Shown one piece after another: positions 1 through 7,712 of a stretch of 31,536 bases of DNA. The stretch comes from a virus (taxonomy: Duplodnaviria; Heunggongvirae; Uroviricota; Caudoviricetes): IMG/VR virus record IMGVR_UViG_3300045988_087472, positions 1-31,536 of that record. One strand, written 5' to 3'. Position numbers and translations under genes: made by a program. The stretch's first letter is position 1. Each line of letters begins with the position of its first letter. The notes beneath the pieces were generated by a model. The model ran no database searches. It saw nothing but the letters and a program-made list of their open reading frames with translations, and was not told where the DNA came from.

Positions 1-427
1 CCTTCCAGTACAGGCCAGAAAGAGCCATCATCAAGCCCGAGATCGCGGCGTTCGGTTGCCAGCATGATGAGATCGGCATATTTCACGGGCGTACTCATAA
101 CCGGGGGTAACCCGTATTTCTCACGGATTACGGCGTCTATTTTTTCTTCCATCTGTTTATAGTCAGGAAGAAGGCGTTTCAGTGGAGCGGGGATGTCCTG
201 GCAATACACTTCTGTTGCATCATGCATTAACGCTTCAAAAGCAAATTCCTGCGGTACCAGTTGGCTGCAAAGAACCGCATGTTGGGCGACGCTGTAGAAG
301 TGTGAAAGATGTCCTGCAAAGCGACAGATATTTGAAAGGGAAAACGCGATATCGTTAATAACGATATCGTCTTTATTTATCCTGTCATAATAAAAATGCT
401 TCCCAGAAAAAGTTTTAATAAATGACA
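1..427 (-). CDS. yfdR: HD-domain phosphohydrolase, YfdR-like 5'-deoxynucleotidase (N-terminal 142 aa; gene continues beyond window start)
   Basis: Reverse-complement translation from ATG at 427..425 gives MSFIKTFSGKHFYYDRINKDD...FAGH...ALMHDATE with H...HD metal-binding motifs; SD GGAGAACAAA upstream; open to the window edge. Confidence 0.75.
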
Positions 428-522
428 TTTTGTTCTCCACGTTATTTGCGCTGCACCGCACTGAATTCTGGTAAAAGGAAGCCCTCACCATCCGGCGATT
501 ATTGAGTTAATTACGTTTCCAT

Positions 523-544
523 AAATGCCCCCGCAGGGGCATTT
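523..544. other. Perfect 9-bp stem hairpin (AAATGCCCC / GGGGCATTT, 4-nt loop) between yfdQ-like and yfdR-like genes
   Basis: Inverted repeat read directly; no U-tract on either strand, so not a canonical intrinsic terminator. Confidence 0.3.
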
Positions 545-556
545 GCAGTAATGAAA

Positions 557-1381
557 TCAGGCGGTGAAAGTACCAATAAAGGTTTCTACTTTGCTGTCTT
601 TGAATTTCTCAACAAGCAGATCGCGAAATTCGTTAGCCATTTCTTCCTGCACCGCCTCCAGCTGAATAATGCGCAGAACAAGTACAGGACGATCGCCAGT
701 GATAATGCTGAGGCGTAATTTAAAAGAACGTTCTTTCAGACCTTCAAACGGAACGCATTTAAATTCAAATGCCACTGGCATAATGTCTTTGGTCTTCGCT
801 TCGACAGACTCCATCAGGGAGCGTTTGCCGCTGAAGTCATTGTCTTCAAAATCAGCAGTCTGGTTCGCTTCAATTGTGATTTTACGGATCGCCGCAGCCG
901 CTTTGGTTGCCTGAATGGCGTCACCATTAGCATCAAAGCCCACAAGGTTGTCGGCCCAGTCTTCAATCCATTCTGCCAGTGATTTCTGGGAGTTACGCTC
1001 GCCGTGAACAGACAACAGAGCAGAGAACGGTGCTGTCTTTTTCAGTTTGAGAGTGGCGGTGTTATCTGCGTGGCCTGGTTCATCAATAGTACCCAGGTTA
1101 AGCACACTGACGGCACGCATATTATCAGCATCGATAAAGCAGCGGGTGCCTTCATCTGCAAGATCTTTAGAATAACGGGTAAAGTCATCAATGCTGGCAG
1201 TGGAAAGCGCACCACGGAAACGGAAGCGATTTAAATTAAATTTTTCCAGGTCATGAATGCGGAAATTCTCAGGCAATGCCACAGCATCGGCACCAATCTT
1301 ACTGATAATTTCATTAACACCCTGAGCAGAAATAAGGGCATGGATTTGATTAATTGCGGTTGCGTCTAAGTTCTGAGACAT
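557..1381 (-). CDS. yfdQ: DUF2303 family phage protein, YfdQ-like (274 aa)
   Basis: Full ORF in six-frame track; SD GAGGA 7 nt upstream of ATG; sequence recalled as resembling CPS-53 prophage YfdQ. Confidence 0.8.
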   Translation of the reverse strand: MSQNLDATAINQIHALISAQGVNEIISKIGADAVALPENFRIHDLEKFNLNRFRFRGALSTASIDDFTRYSKDLADEGTRCFIDADNMRAVSVLNLGTIDEPGHADNTATLKLKKTAPFSALLSVHGERNSQKSLAEWIEDWADNLVGFDANGDAIQATKAAAAIRKITIEANQTADFEDNDFSGKRSLMESVEAKTKDIMPVAFEFKCVPFEGLKERSFKLRLSIITGDRPVLVLRIIQLEAVQEEMANEFRDLLVEKFKDSKVETFIGTFTA

Positions 1382-1446
1382 AATAAGTCCTCACTATATA
1401 AAGATATTCAGTGATGAGATAAATAATCAGTTAATTAAAAACGATA

Positions 1447-1809
1447 TTAACGACCTGCTGCGCGGAGTTTTCCGTCAGGTTCACCGGCAAGAGTCAGTAA
1501 CTGTCCCTGGTCTTCCTGCAGAATAGTCAGGCGACCACCGCGATTGACATACATCGGCGTTTCGGTGGTGTCTTCTTCGGAAATTTTCCCGCGGTTAGTC
1601 GGGCGAACATATGAGAGTTTGTGTTTGATTTTCACACGGTTCTCATCAAATGGTTCGATTTCCAGGTTGAGTGAGACCTTACCTTTGGTTTTCGTGTTCA
1701 TCACACCGGAAGCGACTTCACTGAGAACTGCGCCGATTTTGGTTTCAAATACGCCGCCGTCCAGCTCCCCGATAAATGCCTGCACATCAGTACTGCGTTC
1801 GCTAGCCAT
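1447..1809 (-). CDS. Hypothetical early phage protein, YfdP-like (120 aa)
   Basis: The track ORF 1447..2127 is trimmed to the internal ATG at 1809..1807, which has a strong SD (GAGGAG, 7-nt spacer); the upstream extension lies in a structured non-coding-looking region. Confidence 0.65.
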   Translation of the reverse strand: MASERSTDVQAFIGELDGGVFETKIGAVLSEVASGVMNTKTKGKVSLNLEIEPFDENRVKIKHKLSYVRPTNRGKISEEDTTETPMYVNRGGRLTILQEDQGQLLTLAGEPDGKLRAAGR

Positions 1810-1857
1810 TTTGCTGCTCCTCATCATATCGACCCTGCAAGGTCGGTTAGTTTCTCC

Positions 1858-1946
1858 ACAAAACAGAGAAGAACACCTGCGGTGGCAGCCGCCCGGATGG
1901 ATTGGGTTATGAGCCCGTCGTCCGGTGATGCTCTTCTCTGTTTTGT
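1858..1946. repeat. 15-bp perfect inverted repeat (ACAAAACAGAGAAGA 1858-1872 / TCTTCTCTGTTTTGT 1932-1946) enclosing a 59-nt GC-rich loop; part of a larger structured region 1850-2110
   Basis: Read directly; a second 8-bp inverted repeat GGTACCAG/CTGGTACC lies at 1956-1963/1983-1990; overlapping ORFs have no credible starts. Confidence 0.7.
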
Positions 1947-2247
1947 AAAAAGGACGGTACCAGCCGGAAGCAAGGGTACAAACTGGTACCGCCAGGACTA
2001 CACACAGCATAAAGTTGTGGTGCCGGGTGCCTCCCGGTGCCTGGCGAAGGTTGCACACCAGACGGGTGGGTATCCACAGAAGGTCGACTGTCAGCCTCAA
2101 CCTTAACCCGCGTGCGCTGAGCCGCATTCACCACAACGCTAAGGATTCTCTCTGGTTGAAAATACTTAGCTGTTATGTGCCTGTCTTTTCACCACTTCAG
2201 GCTCGGTGGTATCCTTTTAAGCCCGTATACATAAAAGGAAAATCAAA

Positions 2248-2394
2248 TGACTTTTGATGAAAAAGAACTTGATAATGCAATTAATAAAATCATCGTAACG
2301 TCGCTCTTTTCCTGTCTCAGCGACACTCAGCAGAAACAGTTCTACGAATCGGCTTTCAACATGATCGAGCGTTGTTGTTTCTGCGATGCCGACT
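2248..2394 (+). CDS. Small hypothetical protein (48 aa), AT-rich
   Basis: Manual translation MTFDEKELDNAINKIIVTSLFSCLSDTQQKQFYESAFNMIERCCFCDAD; SD AAGGA 7 nt upstream; below the ORF-track length cutoff. Confidence 0.4.
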
Positions 2395-2409
2395 AGTTAC
2401 CTGAAAAAA

Positions 2410-2685
2410 TCAGGAAACAGTTGGCTGATGCTCTTCGAGTGCGACTTTCTGACCAATTTTCTGAAATGTGCTCTCCGAATTTGGACAAATAGAAAAAGGC
2501 CATTTCCATTCAGGGTCTGATGGAAATACTTCAGCCTGTTCCAAAGCACGGCGTAAAGAGAACACAACTCCAGCCATAATCTGATGTTTCCCATTGGCCC
2601 AGCTATCGCCGCTCTGATCTACATGGGCGGCTATGTCGTATGACCAAACGACTTCACCACTATTGTTTAAAATCTGGACTTTCAT
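2410..2685 (-). CDS. Hypothetical protein (91 aa; alternative start at 2706 gives 98 aa), immediately downstream of the repressor on the same strand
   Basis: ORF 2410..2706 in track; internal ATG at 2685 has an AGGTG SD-like sequence, the 2706 ATG has none; acidic, Trp-rich; no recognised domain. Confidence 0.5.
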   Translation of the reverse strand: MKVQILNNSGEVVWSYDIAAHVDQSGDSWANGKHQIMAGVVFSLRRALEQAEVFPSDPEWKWPFSICPNSESTFQKIGQKVALEEHQPTVS

Positions 2686-2813
2686 TTCATACACCTGCTT
2701 TAACATGAGTGCCTAGTGGCACAACATGACTCAACGAATCATCCTGGACTTCATATGCCCCAGGCGGCTACTTCGTGGGCGTCCTGCCTGTTCGTTATTT
2801 TTGATATAAAATC

Positions 2814-2880
2814 TAACTTAACTTAGTTATTATGGCAAGAGAAAACACCAAACTTTTCTTAGTTCGGTGCCTTAGTTAGA
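2814..2880. promoter_or_regulatory. Cluster of CTTAGTT repeats (2822-2828, 2858-2864, 2871-2877) downstream of the repressor gene; candidate OL-like operator/promoter region
   Basis: Three direct copies of a 7-mer within 60 bp, matching copies in the cI-cro intergenic region. Confidence 0.35.
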
Positions 2881-2891
2881 GAAGAGAGGTC

Positions 2892-3518
2892 TTAGAGTTC
2901 GTATTGAACTCCTTTGACTACACCAATGATAAGGCAATTACCATTGATAGGGATGTTGGGATACCGAGGATTTAATGGCACTAAAAACTTTTGAGGGCCA
3001 TCGATGACTAATTTTTTTACTGTAGCTTCGTTTGTTCCATCAAGTCGAGCGATGACTATTTTTCCATGACGAGGTTCTGCATCTGGATCTACAATCACTG
3101 TTGCGCCTTCTGGTATTGTTGGGAGGCCATTAGGGTTAGTCATGGAGTCACCTTTAACCTCTAATGCAAATGAGTTATCACCAATCTTTAATGATGTATC
3201 TACCCACTTGTCCACTTCACTAAACACTTCTGCTGCCCTGCACTCAGTAAACTGCCCAGCCTGAACCCACGATATTACAGGAACTCTGCGCATGTTTGTG
3301 ACGAGTTTGCCTTCAAACTCAGCACCATAAAGAATGTAATCTATTGACGTATTGAAGAACTTCGCTAATTTCGAAAGTGCCTCCCCACCAGGGGTATTGA
3401 TGTCTTTCTCCCAGTACCCCACAGCAACGTCGCTTACTCCACAAAATTTACCCAATTCTTTCTGGGACGTTCCGGTAACTCTTCTCAGAGCTTTTATACG
3501 CTGACCAACCGTTTCCAT
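2892..3518 (-). CDS. CI-type prophage repressor, XRE-HTH N-terminal domain plus S24 (LexA-like) autopeptidase domain (208 aa)
   Basis: N-terminal HTH (QKELGKFCGVSDVAVGYWE); C-terminal VKGDSM serine motif and downstream VKKLV lysine of the S24 Ser-Lys dyad; divergent from a Cro-like gene. Confidence 0.9.
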   Translation of the reverse strand: METVGQRIKALRRVTGTSQKELGKFCGVSDVAVGYWEKDINTPGGEALSKLAKFFNTSIDYILYGAEFEGKLVTNMRRVPVISWVQAGQFTECRAAEVFSEVDKWVDTSLKIGDNSFALEVKGDSMTNPNGLPTIPEGATVIVDPDAEPRHGKIVIARLDGTNEATVKKLVIDGPQKFLVPLNPRYPNIPINGNCLIIGVVKGVQYEL

Positions 3519-3615
3519 AGGAGCACCATTTCTTGAATTGCTAAGTAATCTTAGTTTTTATTGACCAAAGATAGATTTGTAATTAGCATCTAATAAAACT
3601 TAGTTTGGAGGGCGT
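3519..3615. promoter_or_regulatory. Divergent cI/cro intergenic region with candidate operators and rightward promoter
   Basis: Palindrome CTAAGTAATCTTAG at 3541-3554; CTTAGTT at 3550-3556 and 3599-3605; -35-like TTGACC at 3561-3566 with weak -10 TAGCAT at 3584-3589. Confidence 0.5.
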
Positions 3616-3816
3616 ATGACAACTGACGATATCGAAAGCTACTTCGGCAGTATTGAGAAAGTTGCTGCTTTTTTCGGCATAACAACTGAAGCCGTTTATC
3701 AGTGGCGAAACCGTCCGGGCCAGTTAATTCCAAAAGGACGTGCAGCAGAAGCTGCATATAGAACTTGCGGACGGTTGCCATTTAAACCTGAGCTTTATGA
3801 AAAATCTAATGGATAA
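3616..3816 (+). CDS. Cro-like HTH transcriptional regulator (66 aa)
   Basis: Divergent to the repressor; HTH segment FFGITTEAVYQWRNRPGQLIP; SD GGAGGG upstream. Confidence 0.8.
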   Translation: MTTDDIESYFGSIEKVAAFFGITTEAVYQWRNRPGQLIPKGRAAEAAYRTCGRLPFKPELYEKSNG

Positions 3817-4405
3817 ATCGATTAACAGAAACCACAGAACGATGAGGCTAACCGTGGGTAAGCATCACTGGAAAGTAGAAAAACAGCCTGAGTGGTACGT
3901 GAAAGCTGTCAGAAAAACTATCGCAGCGTTGCCGGGTGGTTACGCTGAAGCAGCTGACTGGCTGGATGTAACAGAAAACGCATTATTTAACCGCCTTCGT
4001 GCCGATGGCGATCAGATTTTCCCGCTGGGATGGGCAATGATTTTGCAACGTGCTGGTGGAACTCACTTCATTGCTGACGCTGTGGCGCAGTCTGCAAATG
4101 GCGTCTTTGTGTCTCTTCCTGACGTCGAGGATGTGGACAACGCCGATATTAACCAGCGCCTGCTGGAAGTCATTGAACAGATTGGCAGTTATTCCAGACA
4201 GATTCGTTCGGCAATCGAAGACGGTGTGGTGGAACCGCATGAGAAGACAGCAATTAACGACGAGCTGTATCTCTCAATTTCGAAGCTGCAGGAGCATGCA
4301 GCACTGGTCTACAAAATCTTTTGCATTTCAGAAAGTAATGACGCCCGCGAGTGTGCAGCTCCGGGCGCCGTGGCGTGTCGTGACTGTGGAGAAACTAACG
4401 CATGA
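3797..4405 (+). CDS. CII-like phage regulatory protein (CP76-type; about 202 aa)
   Basis: Position right after cro; pattern resembles phage 186 CII family as recalled; track ORF starts at GTG 3740 inside cro, so the ATG at 3797 is preferred but the start is uncertain. Confidence 0.5.
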   Translation: MKNLMDKSINRNHRTMRLTVGKHHWKVEKQPEWYVKAVRKTIAALPGGYAEAADWLDVTENALFNRLRADGDQIFPLGWAMILQRAGGTHFIADAVAQSANGVFVSLPDVEDVDNADINQRLLEVIEQIGSYSRQIRSAIEDGVVEPHEKTAINDELYLSISKLQEHAALVYKIFCISESNDARECAAPGAVACRDCGETNA

Positions 4406-4740
4406 ACAGTTTAACAACACACTACCGTCGCTCGCAACTGATTGCGCTTCCTGTACCGGGTGGAAAAGCGAAGGTGGAGTATTGCTATGCAGTTAATGTA
4501 CCAGGTGACAGGGAAATTGTAACCCACAGCTTTGCTGAGTGGGCTGTGGGTGATTTCAACCGGCAGAAGGAGACAGTCCTTTGCGACAAGTTAACCGCTG
4601 GTTCAAAGATCACTACGGAGTGCCCGTCAGAGTCATTCGTTGGGAGCCGGAAACACAACGAGTTATCTACCTCCGCGAAGGCTATGAGCATGAGTGCTTC
4701 AGCCCGCTCGAACAGTTTCGTCGTAAATTCAGGGAAATAG
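4402..4740 (+). CDS. Hypothetical protein (112 aa); frame assignment uncertain
   Basis: ATG overlaps the upstream stop (ATGA coupling); the C-terminal third is low-complexity while an alternative frame from 4581 looks more protein-like. Confidence 0.35.
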   Translation: MNSLTTHYRRSQLIALPVPGGKAKVEYCYAVNVPGDREIVTHSFAEWAVGDFNRQKETVLCDKLTAGSKITTECPSESFVGSRKHNELSTSAKAMSMSASARSNSFVVNSGK

Positions 4741-4749
4741 AGGTCGGTC

Positions 4750-5691
4750 ATGAGCACTAAATTAACCGGCTATGTATGGGATGGTTGCGCTGCATCAGGC
4801 ATGAAATTATCCAGCGTGGCAATTATGGCCCGCCTGGCTGATTTCAGTAATGACGAAGGTGTGTGCTGGCCATCAATTGAAACTATTGCCCGTCAGATTG
4901 GCGCGGGGATGAGTACCGTCAGGACGGCTATCGCACGGCTGGAAGCAGAAGGCTGGTTAACGCGTAAGGCGCGTCGCCAGGGTAACCGCAATGCGTCGAA
5001 TGTTTATCAGCTTAACGTTGCGAAGCTTCAGGCAGCGGCATTTTCTCAACTGTCAGATTCTGACCCGTCAAAATCTGACGCATCAAAATCTGACCCGTCA
5101 AAATTTGATGCGTCGAAATCTGGCAAAAAAGCGGGTTTTCACCCGTCAGAATCTGGCGGGGATCCGTCAGTAAAATCAAAACATGATCCGTCAGATAAAA
5201 AACCTTCTCGTCCGGACGCTTCGCAACCGGACACGCAGACGGATGAACAGGATTTTTTAACTCGCCATCCTGATGCGGTTGTATTCAGCCCTAAAAAGCG
5301 CCAGTGGGGAACGCAGGATGATTTGACCTGCGCACAGTGGCTCTGGAAAAAAATCATCGCCCTGTACGAGCAAGCCGCCGAATGTGACGGCGAGGTGGTT
5401 CGTCCCAAAGAACCGAACTGGACAGCCTGGGCAAACGAAATTCGCCTGATGTGTGTGCAGGATGGTCGTACTCACAAACAAATCTGCGAGATGTACAGCC
5501 GCGTCAGCCGCGATCCGTTCTGGTGCCGTAACGTGCTCAGCCCGTCGAAGTTGCGGGAAAAATGGGATGAGCTTTCCCTGCGCTTATCGCCGTCCGTCAG
5601 CACGCACACAGAAAAACGCGAAGACCCGTACTTCAAAGCCAGTTACGACAATGTGGACTACAGCCAGATCCCGGCGGGATTCAGGGGGTGA
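4750..5691 (+). CDS. Phage replication initiation protein, O-like (N-terminal HTH domain, repeat-encoded linker, DnaT-like C-terminal region; 313 aa)
   Basis: N-terminal winged-helix segment CWPSIETIARQIGAGMSTVRTAIARLEAEGWL; internal DNA repeats; position after cII-like gene. Confidence 0.75.
   Translation: MSTKLTGYVWDGCAASGMKLSSVAIMARLADFSNDEGVCWPSIETIARQIGAGMSTVRTAIARLEAEGWLTRKARRQGNRNASNVYQLNVAKLQAAAFSQLSDSDPSKSDASKSDPSKFDASKSGKKAGFHPSESGGDPSVKSKHDPSDKKPSRPDASQPDTQTDEQDFLTRHPDAVVFSPKKRQWGTQDDLTCAQWLWKKIIALYEQAAECDGEVVRPKEPNWTAWANEIRLMCVQDGRTHKQICEMYSRVSRDPFWCRNVLSPSKLREKWDELSLRLSPSVSTHTEKREDPYFKASYDNVDYSQIPAGFRG
5053..5204. repeat. Iteron-like tandem 15-bp repeats (consensus TCARAATCTGACNCG, 5 tandem units at 5053-5127 plus degenerate copies to about 5200) followed by an A-rich tract; candidate phage replication origin inside the initiator gene
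   Basis: Repeats read directly; encode SDPSK/SDASK pentapeptide repeats in-frame. Confidence 0.5.
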
Positions 5692-5693
5692 TC

Positions 5694-6182
5694 ATGAGTC
5701 TTTTGAATGACGTTCAGAAATTCATTGAAGCCCATCCGGGCTGTTCTTCCGGAGACATTGCGGATGCTTTTGCAGGTTACTCACGGCAGCGCGTTCTGCA
5801 GTCAGCAAGCAAGTTACGTCAGAGTGGGCGTGTGGCTCACCGTTGTGAAGGAGATACACGCAGACATTTCCCGCGCCTGACTGAGAGAGCGCAGGAGCCG
5901 GAACCACAACCAGTTCGTGAAACCAGACCTGTGCGCAATTTCTATGTCGGCACTAACGATCCCCGGGTGATTTTGTGCCTGACCCGCCAGGCTGAAGAAC
6001 TGGAGTCCAGGGGCTTATACCGTCGTGCTGCAACGGTGTGGATGGCGGCATTCCGTGAAAGCCACTCCCAGCCAGAACGAAACAATTTTCTGGCGCGTCG
6101 TGAGCAGTGCTTACAGAAAAGCAGCAAGCGCGCTGCATCGGGTGAAGAGTGGTATCTGTCAGGGAATTACGTGGGGGCGTAA
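5694..6182 (+). CDS. PerC-family transcriptional regulator-like protein (162 aa from the ATG)
   Basis: C-terminal motif LYRRAATVWMAAF...FLARREQCL resembles the PerC family signature as recalled; track start 5688 is GTG, ATG at 5694 has a G-rich SD. Confidence 0.55.
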   Translation: MSLLNDVQKFIEAHPGCSSGDIADAFAGYSRQRVLQSASKLRQSGRVAHRCEGDTRRHFPRLTERAQEPEPQPVRETRPVRNFYVGTNDPRVILCLTRQAEELESRGLYRRAATVWMAAFRESHSQPERNNFLARREQCLQKSSKRAASGEEWYLSGNYVGA

Positions 6183-6508
6183 TGACGACGTTAACTCAAT
6201 GCCAGCATCAGGTGCTGGATATGCTGATTTCTTACCAGAAAGAGCGTGGCTTTCCGCCAACCAATCAGGAGGTGGCAACCATGCTGGGATACCGTTCAGT
6301 GAATGCAGCGGTAGAGCATCTTCGTGCACTGGAGAAAAAAGGCGTCATCACGATAAAGCGTGGCGTGGCCCGGGGGATCACGCTTCATACCACAGTGAAG
6401 GACGACGACAGCGAGGCAGCCGGGATTATCCGCGCACTGCTTGCCGGTGAGGAAAACGCCAGACTGCGTGCAGCCCACTGGTTACATGAGAGGGGCCTGA
6501 AAGTATGA
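6182..6508 (+). CDS. LexA N-terminal DNA-binding-domain homolog lacking the S24 peptidase domain (108 aa)
   Basis: MTTLTQCQHQVLDMLISYQKERGFPPTNQEVATMLGYRSVNAAVEHLRALEKKGVITIKRGVARGITL aligns by eye to the E. coli LexA N-terminus; no Ser-Lys dyad region; ATG overlaps upstream stop (TAATG). Confidence 0.65.
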   Translation: MTTLTQCQHQVLDMLISYQKERGFPPTNQEVATMLGYRSVNAAVEHLRALEKKGVITIKRGVARGITLHTTVKDDDSEAAGIIRALLAGEENARLRAAHWLHERGLKV

Positions 6509-6894
6509 AGCTGATCCTGCCTTTCCCGCCCAGCGTGAACACGTACTGGCGACACCCCAACAAAGGGGCGTTTGCTGGTAAGAGTCTGATAAGCGCAGCG
6601 GGGCGCAAATTCCAGAGCGCGGCATGCGCAGCAATAGTTGAGCAGTTACGTCGTCTGCCGAAACCAACGTCGGCACCTGCTTCAGTGGAGATCGTGTTGT
6701 TTCCTCCGGATAACCGGATCCGCGATCTGGACAACTATAACAAGGCGCTGTTTGACGCCCTGACCCACGCGGGTGTGTGGGAAGACGACAGACAGGTGAA
6801 AAGAATGCTGGTGGAGTGGGGACCGGTTATCCCGGAAGGGAAGGTCGAGATCACTATCAGTAAGTATGAGAAACCGGCGGGTGCAGCCGCCTGA
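6505..6894 (+). CDS. rusA: RusA-family Holliday junction resolvase (129 aa)
   Basis: Motifs LPFPPSVNTYWRH and DLDNYNKALFDALTHAGVWEDD match the RusA family. Confidence 0.85.
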   Translation: MKLILPFPPSVNTYWRHPNKGAFAGKSLISAAGRKFQSAACAAIVEQLRRLPKPTSAPASVEIVLFPPDNRIRDLDNYNKALFDALTHAGVWEDDRQVKRMLVEWGPVIPEGKVEITISKYEKPAGAAA

Positions 6895-6913
6895 TTAAGA
6901 GGAGAAACGAAGT

Positions 6914-7711
6914 ATGAATAATCTGATGGTTATTGATGGTATTGAAGTTCGTCGTGATGCTTATGGGCGTTACAGCCTGAACGATCTGCACAGGGCTGCC
7001 GGTTCTCTGGATAAGCATAAGCCTGCATTCTGGCTCCGTAATGAGCAAACTGAACGTTTAATAAGCGAGTTGCAGATTTGCAACTCGGTCAATATAGAGC
7101 CAGTTAACGTTATTCGTGGCGGAAATAACCAGGGGACGTATGTCTGCAAAGAACTGGTGTATGCCTATGCAATGTGGATCAGCCCGTCATTCCATCTGAA
7201 GGTGATCCGTACTTTCGATATGGTAACCAGCACACCGGAAAAATTATCCGGGCAGGCTGCTGACAAGATGCAGGCTGGCGTGATCCTGCTGGACTTTATG
7301 CGCCGGGAGTTAAACCTGTCTAACTCTTCAGTGCTTGGTGCCTGTCAGAAACTCCAGGAGGCTGTTGGCTTACCGAATCTGGCTCCGCGCTATGCCATTG
7401 ATGCTCCTGCTGACGCGCCTGATGGCTCAAGCCGCCCCACGCTGTCACTGAGTGCACTGCTGAAGCAGTATGGTATCTGCCTGACAGCTAATCAGGCATA
7501 TCACCAGATGGCGAAGCTGGGGATCGTTGAACAACGCGAACGATACAGCCGTACCGCGATTAACAACATCAAAAAATTCTGGTCGCTGACGGCGAAAGGC
7601 TGCATGTTCGGCAAGAACATCACCAGTCCTGCAAATCCGCGCGAGACGCAGCCGCATTTCTTCGAATCCCGATTCCCTGAGCTGTTAAAGCTGCTCGATA
7701 CCGTTCATTGA
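6914..7711 (+). CDS. KilA-N domain-containing protein (265 aa)
   Basis: N-terminal KilA-N signature (YSLNDLHRAAG...KPAFWLR...YVCKELVYAYAMWISPSFHLKVI). Confidence 0.7.
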   Translation: MNNLMVIDGIEVRRDAYGRYSLNDLHRAAGSLDKHKPAFWLRNEQTERLISELQICNSVNIEPVNVIRGGNNQGTYVCKELVYAYAMWISPSFHLKVIRTFDMVTSTPEKLSGQAADKMQAGVILLDFMRRELNLSNSSVLGACQKLQEAVGLPNLAPRYAIDAPADAPDGSSRPTLSLSALLKQYGICLTANQAYHQMAKLGIVEQRERYSRTAINNIKKFWSLTAKGCMFGKNITSPANPRETQPHFFESRFPELLKLLDTVH

Positions 7712-7712
7712 G

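Noticed and set aside
669-1234. Plus-strand ORFs 669..914 and 1004..1234 antisense to the YfdQ-like gene
   Set aside because: Fully embedded antisense to a well-supported gene; no ribosome-binding sites; low-complexity translations.
1810-2134. Upstream extension of the YfdP-like ORF (track ORF 1447..2127) and overlapping ORFs 1882..2106 (+), 1907..2134 (-), 2015..2257 (+)
   Set aside because: No credible start or SD, non-protein-like composition, and they overlap strong inverted repeats; the internal ATG at 1809 has an excellent SD. Treated as non-coding structured DNA/RNA.
1850-2245. Retron msr/msd ncRNA
   Set aside because: Long inverted repeats resemble retron architecture, but no reverse transcriptase gene follows; the neighbouring ORFs are 48 and 91-98 aa with no RT motifs.
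3740-3796. GTG start at 3740 for the CII-like gene (track ORF 3740..4405)
   Set aside because: Would overlap the last 77 nt of cro with the SD abutting the start codon; the in-frame ATG at 3797 (or 3809) is more plausible, though the true start is unresolved.
5053-5204. CRISPR-like or other non-coding repeat array
   Set aside because: The repeats are contiguous, degenerate and in-frame within the initiator gene with no unique spacers; iterons are the better explanation.
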